IMG/VR virus record: IMGVR_UViG_2522125086_000002
Strand: one strand, 5' to 3'
Length of the DNA: 62,330 nucleotides
Origin: an uncultured virus (IMG/VR IMGVR_UViG_2522125086_000002)
Taxonomy: Duplodnaviria > Heunggongvirae > Uroviricota > Caudoviricetes
Positions 18,626 through 28,160 of the stretch are shown here, in pieces (positions within the stretch are counted from its first letter, which is position 1; each line of letters starts with the position of its first letter). The notes beneath the pieces were generated by a model that saw nothing but the letters and a program-made list of their open reading frames with translations, did not search any database and was not told the origin of the DNA. The position numbers and the translations under genes are program-made.

Positions 18626-21343
18626 TTAACTCCCCATACGGTTGAGGTTGAAGGTATTCTGAATCGCCATGCTCATAGAGCCGCCATGCCGGATATCGGA
18701 AACAAATATGTCTACGATTCGGGTTTCGTCATCATCACGGGTTTCTACGGTTCCTGCTTTCTCGGTACTCTCGTAAAGATTCACGATGACACCGCCACCA
18801 TAACCGGAGGAGCCATTAACGGCAGAACGGGCAAGCTCCGCTGTTTCCTTTCGTGAGGTGATAGACATCGGTCCCTGAACGAGTTCCGGTCCGTATTCCC
18901 CCACAATACCCCATTCACCAGCTTTGAGCTGTCCGCCTTTATCATGCATAGATACAGAGGTAAGTTGGGAAATAGCTGATGTGGTGGTTGCCATGGCAGA
19001 GGCATAATTGGCGAGTTTCTGAGGCCAGGTAACCGCTGACGGATCATTTAAAGCAGCAATCCATGCTTTTATCGCGTCCATGGTGGCACTGGCTACTGCA
19101 AAACTTTTCTGAACCGCAAACAGAGCACGATAGGCACCGGAGGATTCATCCATGCTGTCGGTAAGACTTGCAAAGGCATCGGAGATGTCCAGAGTGGCAT
19201 CAGCCATTTTCTCGTAGGGCTCGGTCATCTTTTTAAGTTCATCAGCCTGTTTACGCTGCTTTACCGTGGTGCTGTCAGAGGTGTATTTATCCATGAGCTG
19301 AGTGCGGCTCTGCTGATAGGCTTCCTCGGAAATAAGCTGGTCGTTGTGGAACTGCTCCAGGAGTTCAAGCTTTCTGCCGTAACCTTCCTGAATACGCAGA
19401 ATTTACTCTTCCTCGGGATTAAGTGAACGCAGAAAGTCCTGTGCTTCTTTCTCGATTTCTGCCCTCTGGGTCTGATAGTCCTGCTCGATGATGAGGAGTG
19501 CATTATTCTTCTCAATTTCAGAGATTTGAGCATTCTCGGCAATAACCGCATTAAGCTCCTGAAGCTTTTTGATGTGTTCACGCTCGAGCCTTTCAAGGTC
19601 GCTCTTTGACTTCATGTCGAGTTCAAGAATCTGCTCGTAATAAGGCGTCCAGGTATCACGAGCCTCGGCAGATTTGGAGAGAGCACCGCCGGAGCTTTTA
19701 CCTTTGCCGGAGTCCTTATTTGCGCCAATCTTTAAGCCTTCATCAGACTGGGTGCCTTCACCCACAGGTTTATTCTGGTACTTTTCAGCGATGCGCTTAC
19801 GCTCAGCGGCAATACGGTTCTGAGACTCGGTGATGTCCTTTTCAATTCCGGCAATGGTAGCCTTGTAGATTTTTGCAGTTTCCTCTGCTTCTCTTTTGGT
19901 TCGCTCTCTGGCAAAATCAAAGCCTTCCGAGAAGGTTCCTCCGGAAAGAGAAGTTCCGATACCTTCACCAATGGCATTGAGGTAGCCGATAGTGTTATCC
20001 CAGAGTTCTCCGACTTTCTGACTAAGCTCAAGAAGACCAATCTGGGCAAACTGAAAAAAGTTTGAAAAGAAGAGCTTCCAGCTCCCGGTACCGTCCTTCA
20101 TCTCAACACCGATAAGCTCAAGGGTGTCACTGAAAAAGTCCTTCACACCTTCCCATGCGGTGCGTATTCCTTCAAAGGTCTCTTTTACCGTTTTGGCAAG
20201 ATTGTGGAACCACTCAATTACCGCAGGATCATCCAGCCATTCAGAAATTCCGTTCAGGGTATTGGCAAGAAAGTCATTACCCATAATGATGAGTTCTCCG
20301 AAACCGCCGTTTGACTGCATGAGTCTGGTGCAGAAAGTCCCCCAGGCATTATCCAGTCTTCCGGTGGCGGCAGATACAGTGTTGAGTTTAGCTTCCAGTA
20401 CGCCATCAAAGTTGTTCTTTGCCAAATCAGAGAGATAGGAATCCAGAGCCTTGCTGTTCTTTTCAATCTCGGTGGTGGAGCCTTTGTAGGTTAAGGAGAT
20501 GGTGTCACCATTGTCCTTTGCGGTGATGCCAAACTGCCTGAGAGCCTTGGTAGAGCCCTGGGAGAAAGCAATAACCGCATCAGTTAAGGTGTTGATGTCT
20601 CTTCCGGTGCCATGAGCAATGGTGGCGTAGGTCTTAAGCTGCTCATTTGAGTTGGTAAGTCCGTTATTGCCTAAATCCACAAAGGCTTTAGCGAGTTTGT
20701 CAGTAGCGGTAGCAGTCTCGTCCTCAAGACCGTTAAGGCTCCAGAAGGTTTTCTGAGCAGTTTCCAAATCACCAACCAGTGGAGTCAGTCTTGCCGACAT
20801 ATCCTCGTAAACCCGTGAGGCTTCAAGTCCGGTGGAGATTATGCTCTTAAAACCGTCCACGATTTCAGAGGCAAACTTAATGGCAAAGCCTGTCATCAGC
20901 ATTTTCCAGCCGGAGGCGTTTTTCTGCAGAACTCCGGTCTGATTGTCCACGGCTTTGGTGACCTTTTTGATTTCAGCTTCCTGCTCCTGCATGATCTTCT
21001 TCTGCTCGGCAAGCGTGGTATTGGCATCCTTCTGTTGAGAGTTCTGGGTTTCAAGAGCCTTGCTGATTTCCTTTGTAACCTTGCTCTGCTTCGCACCGAG
21101 GTCGGTTACGGTTTTAGTCTGAGCTTCAATTGAATCCGTTACGGTCTTAACGCTCTCATCAAGTCCGTGAATGGCGGCATTGGTAGCCTCTGCCTGTTTT
21201 GCGGATGCATCAAAGTTTGCTCCTATAGCCGCAGCCGAGGAGGAAACAGCGTCCTTCATGGCCGTCATCTCTTCGGCAATTTTGCTGAGTGAGTCAGTCA
21301 GAGCAGACGTGTCGGCAGAAAGCCTGATGGTGCTGTCGTTCAT
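18626..21343 (-). pseudogene. Tape measure protein interrupted by an in-frame TAA at 19403-19405
   Basis: The 646-aa and 222-aa ORFs are in the same frame, joined by 36 open codons; C-terminal HDKGG...GEYGPELV motif. Confidence 0.85.
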
Positions 21344-21588
21344 TTTGATCTCCTCTGTGAATTCATCATTCGCTTAAACTTCTCAATCTCCCCGGCACAA
21401 TCGCATTCAGTCATACCGCTTTGGTACCTTTCATGGGGATGTGCCTCATAGTATTCCTCCTGAAAAACCACCGACCAGTAGTTGAACTCGGTGGTGGGGT
21501 ACTCAAGAACTTCTGAGATTGGGCGGTGAAGCTCCCGGGCAATTCTCACCGCCAGTCTGAATACAAAACTGCCCCGGATTAGTTTTTT
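21340..21588 (-). CDS. Tail assembly chaperone GT part, via -1 frameshift
   Basis: A AAA AAC slippery heptamer at 21582-21588; the -1 frame reads on into RIARELHRPISEV. Confidence 0.65.
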   Translation of the reverse strand, partial: KKLIRGSFVFRLAVRIARELHRPISEVLEYPTTEFNYWSVVFQEEYYEAHPHERYQSGMTECDCAGEIEKFKRMMNSQRRSK

Positions 21589-21884
21589 AAGTGTGTCTCA
21601 CCAGTGATGTTAAGAGCCGAGAAGGCATTAACGAGCTGGAGCAGTACCTTATTCGGCACGGATTCCATAAAGGCATTAAAGTCATCCGGCTTTTCGGTGA
21701 GGTTACCGTCAGCATCACAGAGAGATGCGTGCATCATCTTAAGGCCCCGAAGCTGTAAATCCTTCTCGCCTTCAAAGTCGAGACGCGCCTTGCCTGAAAG
21801 TTCACGCAGGTAAAAGTCCACACCGTCAACGGTTACCTTGCTGACTTTGAATTTCAGCCCCTTGATTTGATCTAAATAAGACAT
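21579..21884 (-). CDS. Tail assembly chaperone (gpG-like)
   Basis: Between tail tube and tape measure; SLCDADG; ends LKN* at the slippery site. Confidence 0.75.
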   Translation of the reverse strand: MSYLDQIKGLKFKVSKVTVDGVDFYLRELSGKARLDFEGEKDLQLRGLKMMHASLCDADGNLTEKPDDFNAFMESVPNKVLLQLVNAFSALNITGETHLKN

Positions 21885-21886
21885 GG

Positions 21887-22378
21887 TTATTCTCCTTCGT
21901 TATCAGTAGTTTGAGTCTGTTCAGCCACATCGGCATTTGACCACACAACATCAGATGCCTGTCTGCCAGAAACCTTAAGCTGCATAAAGCCGTCAGCAGA
22001 GCCGGACATAATCTGATAGCCGAGAAGCTTCAAATCGTAGGTAGCTCTGGTGCCGTTCGGCCACTGATGACGAATTCGGACAGTCTGTTGTGCCTCGGCG
22101 GCAGCAATGAGAGCCTGCTGGTCAGCGTCATCATCGTAGTAATAGATGGTGAGTTCCTTTTCAGCAGAATCCTTCAAACCACCGCAGTAAACCTTTCTGT
22201 CATCATCGATGGTGGTGCATTCCACGGATTCGGCAATGTCACCGATATCCCCAAGCTCTTGAGCGCCTTTAAGCGGCAACCAGGTAACTCCATCATCGGT
22301 TGAGAACTGGGAATGAGTACCTCCGAGAAGTACCGGCTCCTTTGCCTTGTAATCGTAAAGCTGTGTATGTTTAGCCAT
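21887..22378 (-). CDS. Major tail tube protein
   Basis: ECTTIDDDRKVYCGGLKD, IRHQWPNG; synteny. Confidence 0.8.
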   Translation of the reverse strand: MAKHTQLYDYKAKEPVLLGGTHSQFSTDDGVTWLPLKGAQELGDIGDIAESVECTTIDDDRKVYCGGLKDSAEKELTIYYYDDDADQQALIAAAEAQQTVRIRHQWPNGTRATYDLKLLGYQIMSGSADGFMQLKVSGRQASDVVWSNADVAEQTQTTDNEGE

Positions 22379-22390
22379 TTCTGTTTTCTC

Positions 22391-23080
22391 CTATTTCAAT
22401 AAATCGGCCATAGAGGTTTCAACCTGCTGAACCACAATGGCCACTGCGTTTTGATCTACCCTGCGTTGTATCGCTTCAATAAAATGACGGGCAGATATGC
22501 CCTTAACCTTGCCGCCATGCTGACTGGCTTTTTTCGTAGTTTTTGCCTTAACCGCAGCAAGCTTTTTTGTATTCCTTTCCATCATAGCCTGATACCGCTC
22601 CCGCTGTTTCTGCGTTTTGGCAGATGCGAGATAAAGGCGAGCCTTGTTGATGGCAATTTGATATTTGTTGGCAATAAGCTGCTGAATTACCCTGTTGCCT
22701 TCAAGACTTGAGCCTTTACCGACAGTGTGATCACGGGTACCGGCATTAAGCCAGTGATTGAGAGTCTTTGGTGGAATGTGAGGCTTTTTGCCTTCCTTGC
22801 CACCTTTGACCTTACTCACCGGCAGAAAGTGTATGTACGAGATAATGCGGTTTGGGTCTGAACGTACTCTTGCTGACTTGATGCCGGATACGGATTTACG
22901 GTAAATGCCGGTATGGGCTTTAAAGTGAGTGCTGATGTAACCTGTGAGTTCTTCCCTTGCTCCTGTTTCCTTAAGAGCCTCCTTCAGAATCACACGGCTG
23001 ATTTTGGTCTGAAGTTTTGCTGGCAGACCTTTGAGCTTTTCTGCAAGAACATCAGCACCGGAGGTATCTGCTTTAATCAT
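22391..23080 (-). CDS. HK97 gp10-like neck protein
   Basis: HWLNAGT...ISARHFI pattern in a basic protein within the neck module. Confidence 0.55.
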   Translation of the reverse strand: MIKADTSGADVLAEKLKGLPAKLQTKISRVILKEALKETGAREELTGYISTHFKAHTGIYRKSVSGIKSARVRSDPNRIISYIHFLPVSKVKGGKEGKKPHIPPKTLNHWLNAGTRDHTVGKGSSLEGNRVIQQLIANKYQIAINKARLYLASAKTQKQRERYQAMMERNTKKLAAVKAKTTKKASQHGGKVKGISARHFIEAIQRRVDQNAVAIVVQQVETSMADLLK

Positions 23081-23451
23081 CGTTCAACAAACTCCATACT
23101 TACCGCATTGCCCCAGAATCCAACCTCGGGGTCGTACTCTGTTGGTGTTATGCTGTTTACAATGATGAGCCGAAAATCCTCCGAGTATTTACCGTCAGTG
23201 GCAGCCACCAGCCGGTCCGTAATGGCATCACAGGTGTCAGCACTTACAAACGAGAAGATAAATATCTCAAAGCCATGGCGCACATCATGGGCATCGCCGT
23301 CAACGGTTCTGCCGGAGAACTCGGTAGCCTGTCTGGTTATCAGCGAGGCAGTTTTAACGTTATTCGGAACAATGTCAAAGTAGGCTTTCTGCCCGGTGAT
23401 GTCCTCCACCAGAGCCTTAACCTTTGCTTTCATTTCACTGATTGAAATCAT
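23077..23451 (-). CDS. Tail completion/terminator protein (putative)
   Basis: Size and synteny in the head-tail module. Confidence 0.5.
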   Translation of the reverse strand: MISISEMKAKVKALVEDITGQKAYFDIVPNNVKTASLITRQATEFSGRTVDGDAHDVRHGFEIFIFSFVSADTCDAITDRLVAATDGKYSEDFRLIIVNSITPTEYDPEVGFWGNAVSMEFVER

Positions 23452-23783
23452 GTGGTAATCCTCTGATTGTCGTTAAGCCCCGAGTAGCTGCAGCCAAGCA
23501 GGATTTCTCCTTTGTGCCTGTCTGCTGAGAGGTTATCGATGCTGAAAAACTTCTCATTCCACCGAATTAGGCAGTCATCCGAAAGACCGGAAAGATACCG
23601 GATAAGCACGGTAATCTGCCCGCTCTGAACATCGATGCCGGAGCGCATCTGGTCACGGGTGGTAACCGACTTTACATTCGCCCAGACTGTTCCGGAAAGC
23701 TCGTAGTCATCAAGACTGGTAAGGTTCCTCTCAGCCTTTGGTTCATAAATCTGTATGCGTTCGTTTAAGGTTCCGGTTTCCAT
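23448..23783 (-). CDS. Head closure / head-tail adaptor (SPP1 gp16-like)
   Basis: GTLNERIQI, TVWANV, IRY motifs. Confidence 0.8.
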   Translation of the reverse strand: METGTLNERIQIYEPKAERNLTSLDDYELSGTVWANVKSVTTRDQMRSGIDVQSGQITVLIRYLSGLSDDCLIRWNEKFFSIDNLSADRHKGEILLGCSYSGLNDNQRITT

Positions 23784-24058
23784 CAGAATGCCTCCTGTCT
23801 TGAGCCGAACAGCATGGAGCGCAACGACAGCGTAAGAGACTTAAAGTCAGCTTCGGTTCTGTGTTCAAACATGTAGTTGACGGCATACATCACCGCAGCC
23901 TTGCCGTACTTCGAACCGTAAAGCACCCTGGTATCATCCGTTCTTATCACATCCATGCAGAGCCTTTCAGCAGAGCTGATAAGAGAGCGAATCAGTGTGT
24001 CATCCTCGCTGCTGTCAACACGCAGATAGTTCTTCATTTCCTTAAGGGTAATGCTCAT
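23783..24058 (-). CDS. Head-tail connector (HK97 gp6-like)
   Basis: TLKEMKNYLRVD...DDTLI, FEHR. Confidence 0.85.
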   Translation of the reverse strand: MSITLKEMKNYLRVDSSEDDTLIRSLISSAERLCMDVIRTDDTRVLYGSKYGKAAVMYAVNYMFEHRTEADFKSLTLSLRSMLFGSRQEAF

Positions 24059-24105
24059 GTCAAAACTCCAAAAAAGCCTCCTCCGTTTTTCAACAGAGAA
24101 GGCAT

Positions 24106-24127
24106 AAAAAAAGCTCCGTTATGGAGC
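24106..24127 (-). terminator. Terminator after the major capsid gene
   Basis: Minus strand reads GCTCC-ATAAC-GGAGC followed by T7. Confidence 0.55.
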
Positions 24128-24128
24128 C

Positions 24129-25325
24129 TTAGGGTTTCACGGTCTTACCGCCGGTGATGGTCATAATCTGCACCGCTTCCGGCAGGATTAACTTGCCGTC
24201 CACTCGCTCTTTAGCCACATAACCAATCATGCCATTACCTGCAAAGAGCTCGGTTAACTGTTTGAAGGAGCGGGTACCGCGGTCACCGATGTTGTAGTAG
24301 CTGTAGTCACCAAAGGCAATCTTGCCTTCCGGACAGAACGGTGAGGTGTACACATCATATCCCAGGAGCTTATCCGGTTCACCGGAAGTCAGTGCCGGCT
24401 GCCAGAGATATACACCGTTGTTATCCTTAAGCTGTCTGATGGCAGCCACCAGCTTGTCATGCATAATGAACTTTGCAGACTTGCGGTACGGACGCTTTAA
24501 GGTGTAAATAAGCTGCATAAGGTGGTCAGCAGTTACAGATGCGGCAGACAAAGCAGCAGTACCGCCACCGGTTTCTGCAAAGAGACCGAGTGGCTGACCG
24601 CGACCGGTACCGTTCAGGAATGCATCCTCCTCAGCGTTTGCGAGAGCCTTGCCGAACTGGTCAATGATGTAGTTTTCCAGTGGGAACTGGGCATCATAGA
24701 GAAGTTCCTCGGTTACCTTGATGGCCACATGAAGCTTATGGGCATCAAGCAAAATCTGATCAAAGGTAGCCTCACCAAAGGACAGTGCTCCACCTTCCTC
24801 AATCCATGCGGCAGCAGGCTTGGTGGCAGCAATGTTAATCTTGTGCTCGCCTGAGGTGGTGATGATGTTACCCAGAGTTCGCATGATGTTTTCTTCGGTA
24901 AGTACATCGATAAGACGGGAGTCGTATTCCTCCGGTACCAGGTAACCGCCGTCGGCATCCACACCTTCCTGCAGAACGTTGGAAACCTGTTTGAAGTTGG
25001 AGCGGAGAGCCTTAAGCATTCCTGCCCTGTATTCATCGGAGGCACGACCGCGCTTTACCACAGAGTCAGAAGCAGGAGATACAGAGGCAGGCTTGGATGT
25101 AAGGGGCTGATTAACGGGACGGGAAAGTTCTGCATCAATTGCCTCCTGGCGTTCAAGTCTGGCGATTTCCCTGCTCAAATCGGTAATGTCCTGCTCCATG
25201 CGGGTATAGGTGGCATCATCCTCGGCGGTAAGAGTTCCCTTGTCGGTACGGCGGGATTCAAGAAAGGCCTTAGCGGCATTCCATGCAGTTGCTCGCTTTT
25301 CGCGAAGTTCATTTACAGTAGTCAT
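24129..25325 (-). CDS. Major capsid protein (HK97 family)
   Basis: DGGYLVPEE, AAWIEEG, FLNGTG, LKDNNGVYLWQP, FGDYSYY. Confidence 0.95.
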   Translation of the reverse strand: MTTVNELREKRATAWNAAKAFLESRRTDKGTLTAEDDATYTRMEQDITDLSREIARLERQEAIDAELSRPVNQPLTSKPASVSPASDSVVKRGRASDEYRAGMLKALRSNFKQVSNVLQEGVDADGGYLVPEEYDSRLIDVLTEENIMRTLGNIITTSGEHKINIAATKPAAAWIEEGGALSFGEATFDQILLDAHKLHVAIKVTEELLYDAQFPLENYIIDQFGKALANAEEDAFLNGTGRGQPLGLFAETGGGTAALSAASVTADHLMQLIYTLKRPYRKSAKFIMHDKLVAAIRQLKDNNGVYLWQPALTSGEPDKLLGYDVYTSPFCPEGKIAFGDYSYYNIGDRGTRSFKQLTELFAGNGMIGYVAKERVDGKLILPEAVQIMTITGGKTVKP

Positions 25326-25333
25326 AAATTCTC

Positions 25334-26101
25334 CTAATTTCTAATAAGGTTAAGACGCTCCATCAAATCAGCAACGGAGCGTTCAGTATTGGTTGGTTTT
25401 GGTTCGGTTGGTTTAGCTGAGATGCGGCATCTGGCAGAGAGCTTTTCCATGAGGGAGTTCGTTACCGCAGCCTTGGAAAATGCTGTAGCGTCAGCCGTTT
25501 CAGACACATTCTCAGGCTCTGTGCTTCGTTCCAGAATTGCATCCGCAAATCCAAGCTCCACGGCCTTATTGGCATTCATCCATGTTTCTGCGTCCATTAG
25601 CCTTGAGAGCTTGGCTCGGCTAAGACTGGTCTTAAGCTCGTATGCATTGATGATGGATTCCTTGACTTCGCCCAGCATGTCGATGGCTTTCTGCATTTCT
25701 GCCGTGTTGCCGAAAGCCATGGTCATCGGATTGTGAATCATCAGCATGGAAACGGGGCTCATCATTACCCTGGTTCCTGCCATAGCGATTACCGAAGCTG
25801 CAGAGGCGGCAATGCCGTCAATCTTCACGGTGACGCTTCCCGGGTATTCCATCAGCATGTTGTAGATCTGTGCGGCAGCCACACAGTCACCGCCGGGAGA
25901 GTTAATCCAGACCGTAATATTTCCCGAACCGCTCATCAGTTCATCTTTGAAAAGCTGCGGTGTAATGTCATCGTCAAACCAGCTTTCCTCAGCGATGGTG
26001 CCGTTCAGGAACAGGATCCTTTCCGGGTTCGGTACGTTTTGGCTTTGTTCCTCCGGGTTCTCCGGCTCCGTCTGGTTCTTCCACTTCCAGAACTTCTTCA
26101 T
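25334..26101 (-). CDS. ClpP-type prohead protease
   Basis: INSPGGD, AASAASVIAM, MIHNP, ETWM...ELGFAD. Confidence 0.9.
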   Translation of the reverse strand: MKKFWKWKNQTEPENPEEQSQNVPNPERILFLNGTIAEESWFDDDITPQLFKDELMSGSGNITVWINSPGGDCVAAAQIYNMLMEYPGSVTVKIDGIAASAASVIAMAGTRVMMSPVSMLMIHNPMTMAFGNTAEMQKAIDMLGEVKESIINAYELKTSLSRAKLSRLMDAETWMNANKAVELGFADAILERSTEPENVSETADATAFSKAAVTNSLMEKLSARCRISAKPTEPKPTNTERSVADLMERLNLIRN

Positions 26102-27338
26102 TGTTATTCTCCTTGTTTGCAAAAATTCCTGCGTCCTGCAGTTTGGTCATGTTTCCGTTGATGAGATACAGATTCCCGCCAAGCTCATCCGGAATGAGAT
26201 CAAGCTGTTCTAAACTTCTGATATCATTGGCTGACATCCAGCCGTTCTGCCGGGCAATGGCATAGCCGTTCATGCGGCTCTGGTAATCACCGCGGAGGAG
26301 TCCGTCTACATTGAATTTCACGAAGTAGTCAGACTTTTCAGTCTCAGTAAGTAAAGCCCGGTTAAGGGATTGCTCCCATCTGATAATCCATGGCTCCAAG
26401 GTGTATTTCACGAACTCGAGAGACTGCTGTTCGATGTTTGAGAAGCTCGATTTTTCAAGGTCACCAACCATGTGAGGTGGCACTCTGAAAATACGGGCTA
26501 TCTCATCAATCTGAAACTTTCTGGTCTCAAGAAACTGTGCCTGCTCCGGTGAAATGGAAATCGGCGTGTATTTCATGCCTTCCTCAAGTATCGCAACCTT
26601 ATGGGCGTTGTTTCCCGAGAAGCCTTTATTCCAGCTTTCGCGGATTGATTCAGGATTTTTCACTGTTCCCGGAAACTCCAGAATGCCTCCCGGAGTAGCA
26701 CCGTTGGCAAAGAACCGTGCTCCATATTCCTCAGTGGCAATGGAGAGCCCGATGGCATTTTTAGCCATAGCAATGGGGGAGTATCCGACAAGTCCGTCAA
26801 AGCCGAGTCCTGGAATGTGCAGCACATCAGAGGGCTTTAGAGTTACATTGCCAGACTTGCCTGTGTGCGCATCGGAATCCTGCATTTGGTAGCGATAGCA
26901 GATTTTCCCGAAAGCATCCCTGTCCACCGTCATGCGGTTCGGCATCAGCGGGTAAAGGCCAATAACCTCACCTTTGCCGTTACGGATAATCTGAGCGTAG
27001 GCATTGCCCCAGAGCAAAAGATGCGTCATCAGAGTTTCCCGGAATACGAATGAGGTCATTTCGGGATTCGGCTCATCATGCAGAATTCGGTAGAGGGGAT
27101 GTTTTACGGCTCTTGTTTTACTGCCTTCATCCTGATTCTGATAAAGGTGAACCGGCAGACTCGCAATTGACTCTGACAGAATTCTCACGCAGGCATACAC
27201 CGCTGTCATCTGCATGGCTGAACGTTCATTGACGTGTTTGCCGGAGGTGCTTCCTCCCATCATGAAACGATAGCCGCTGCCTGCCGTGCGGTTGCTGGGC
27301 TTGTCTCTGGAACGGAAGAGACCGTCGAAAATGCTCAT
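25989..27338 (-). CDS. Portal protein (HK97 family)
   Basis: AVYACVRILSESIASLP, LLLWGNAY, GLVGYSPI, IARIFRVPP; GGAG RBS before 27338. Confidence 0.95.
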   Translation of the reverse strand: MSIFDGLFRSRDKPSNRTAGSGYRFMMGGSTSGKHVNERSAMQMTAVYACVRILSESIASLPVHLYQNQDEGSKTRAVKHPLYRILHDEPNPEMTSFVFRETLMTHLLLWGNAYAQIIRNGKGEVIGLYPLMPNRMTVDRDAFGKICYRYQMQDSDAHTGKSGNVTLKPSDVLHIPGLGFDGLVGYSPIAMAKNAIGLSIATEEYGARFFANGATPGGILEFPGTVKNPESIRESWNKGFSGNNAHKVAILEEGMKYTPISISPEQAQFLETRKFQIDEIARIFRVPPHMVGDLEKSSFSNIEQQSLEFVKYTLEPWIIRWEQSLNRALLTETEKSDYFVKFNVDGLLRGDYQSRMNGYAIARQNGWMSANDIRSLEQLDLIPDELGGNLYLINGNMTKLQDAGIFANKENNNEEVLEVEEPDGAGEPGGTKPKRTEPGKDPVPERHHR

Positions 27339-27455
27339 GTGAATCAACTCCTTTGAGAAATGAAATGCCGTCAGCCTTTTAAAACAGTGCTGCGGCATGG
27401 TATCATGCACGTAATTACCGGGTTGCCGACCTGTGGAATATGGAGGCGAATTGCG

Positions 27456-28157
27456 ATGAAAGAGGAATGCCTTATTTGTAAAGCACCGTTAGAATACCTT
27501 GACGCAGACGAAATGATGGAATGTGCAATTTGCCACAAGAAGGAAAACAGTAAGACTCGCTGTATCCATGGTCACTATGTCTGCAATGATTGTCATACCG
27601 CTGGCATGGATACGATTATCGGTCTCTGCTTGGCTGAGTCATCAAAGAATCCTGTCGAGATCATCGAGAAGATGATGGCCTTGCCGTTTTGCCATATGCA
27701 CGGCCCAGAGCATCATGTCATGGTTGGGGCTTCACTCCTGACTGCATACAAAAACGCGGGAGGAGCAATTGATCTTGAGTCAGCACTTGCAGAAATGATG
27801 AATCGAGGGAAGAACGTACCCGGCGGGGCCTGCGGCTTCTGGGGTGCTTGCGGTGCGGGTATCAGTTCCGGCATGTTTGTATCCATCATTTCAAAATCTA
27901 CACCTCTTTCGCAGCAGCCGTTTGCGCTATCACACCGCATGACTGCTAAATCACTGGGTGCTATCGGTGAGATCGGAGGCCCACGCTGCTGCAAGCGAGA
28001 TTCATTTCTTTCAATTTTCTCGGCCATCGACTTTGTAAAAGAATACTTCGGGATCGAGATGGAAAAGCCCGATATTGTTTGCACACACTCTTCTCAGAAC
28101 AATCAGTGCATTGGAAAACGCTGCCCCTTTGCAAAGGCAAACCATAAAAGCACCTAA
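27456..28157 (+). CDS. Cys-rich DUF5714-like protein inserted antisense between terminase and portal
   Basis: CLICK, HGPEHH, GGACGFWGACGA, GGPRCCKR; GGAGG RBS. Confidence 0.65.
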   Translation: MKEECLICKAPLEYLDADEMMECAICHKKENSKTRCIHGHYVCNDCHTAGMDTIIGLCLAESSKNPVEIIEKMMALPFCHMHGPEHHVMVGASLLTAYKNAGGAIDLESALAEMMNRGKNVPGGACGFWGACGAGISSGMFVSIISKSTPLSQQPFALSHRMTAKSLGAIGEIGGPRCCKRDSFLSIFSAIDFVKEYFGIEMEKPDIVCTHSSQNNQCIGKRCPFAKANHKST

Positions 28158-28160
28158 ATC

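Noticed and set aside
19261..19596. 111-aa ORF as a frameshifted piece of the tape measure
   Set aside because: The two tape-measure parts are already in frame, so this is an off-frame shadow
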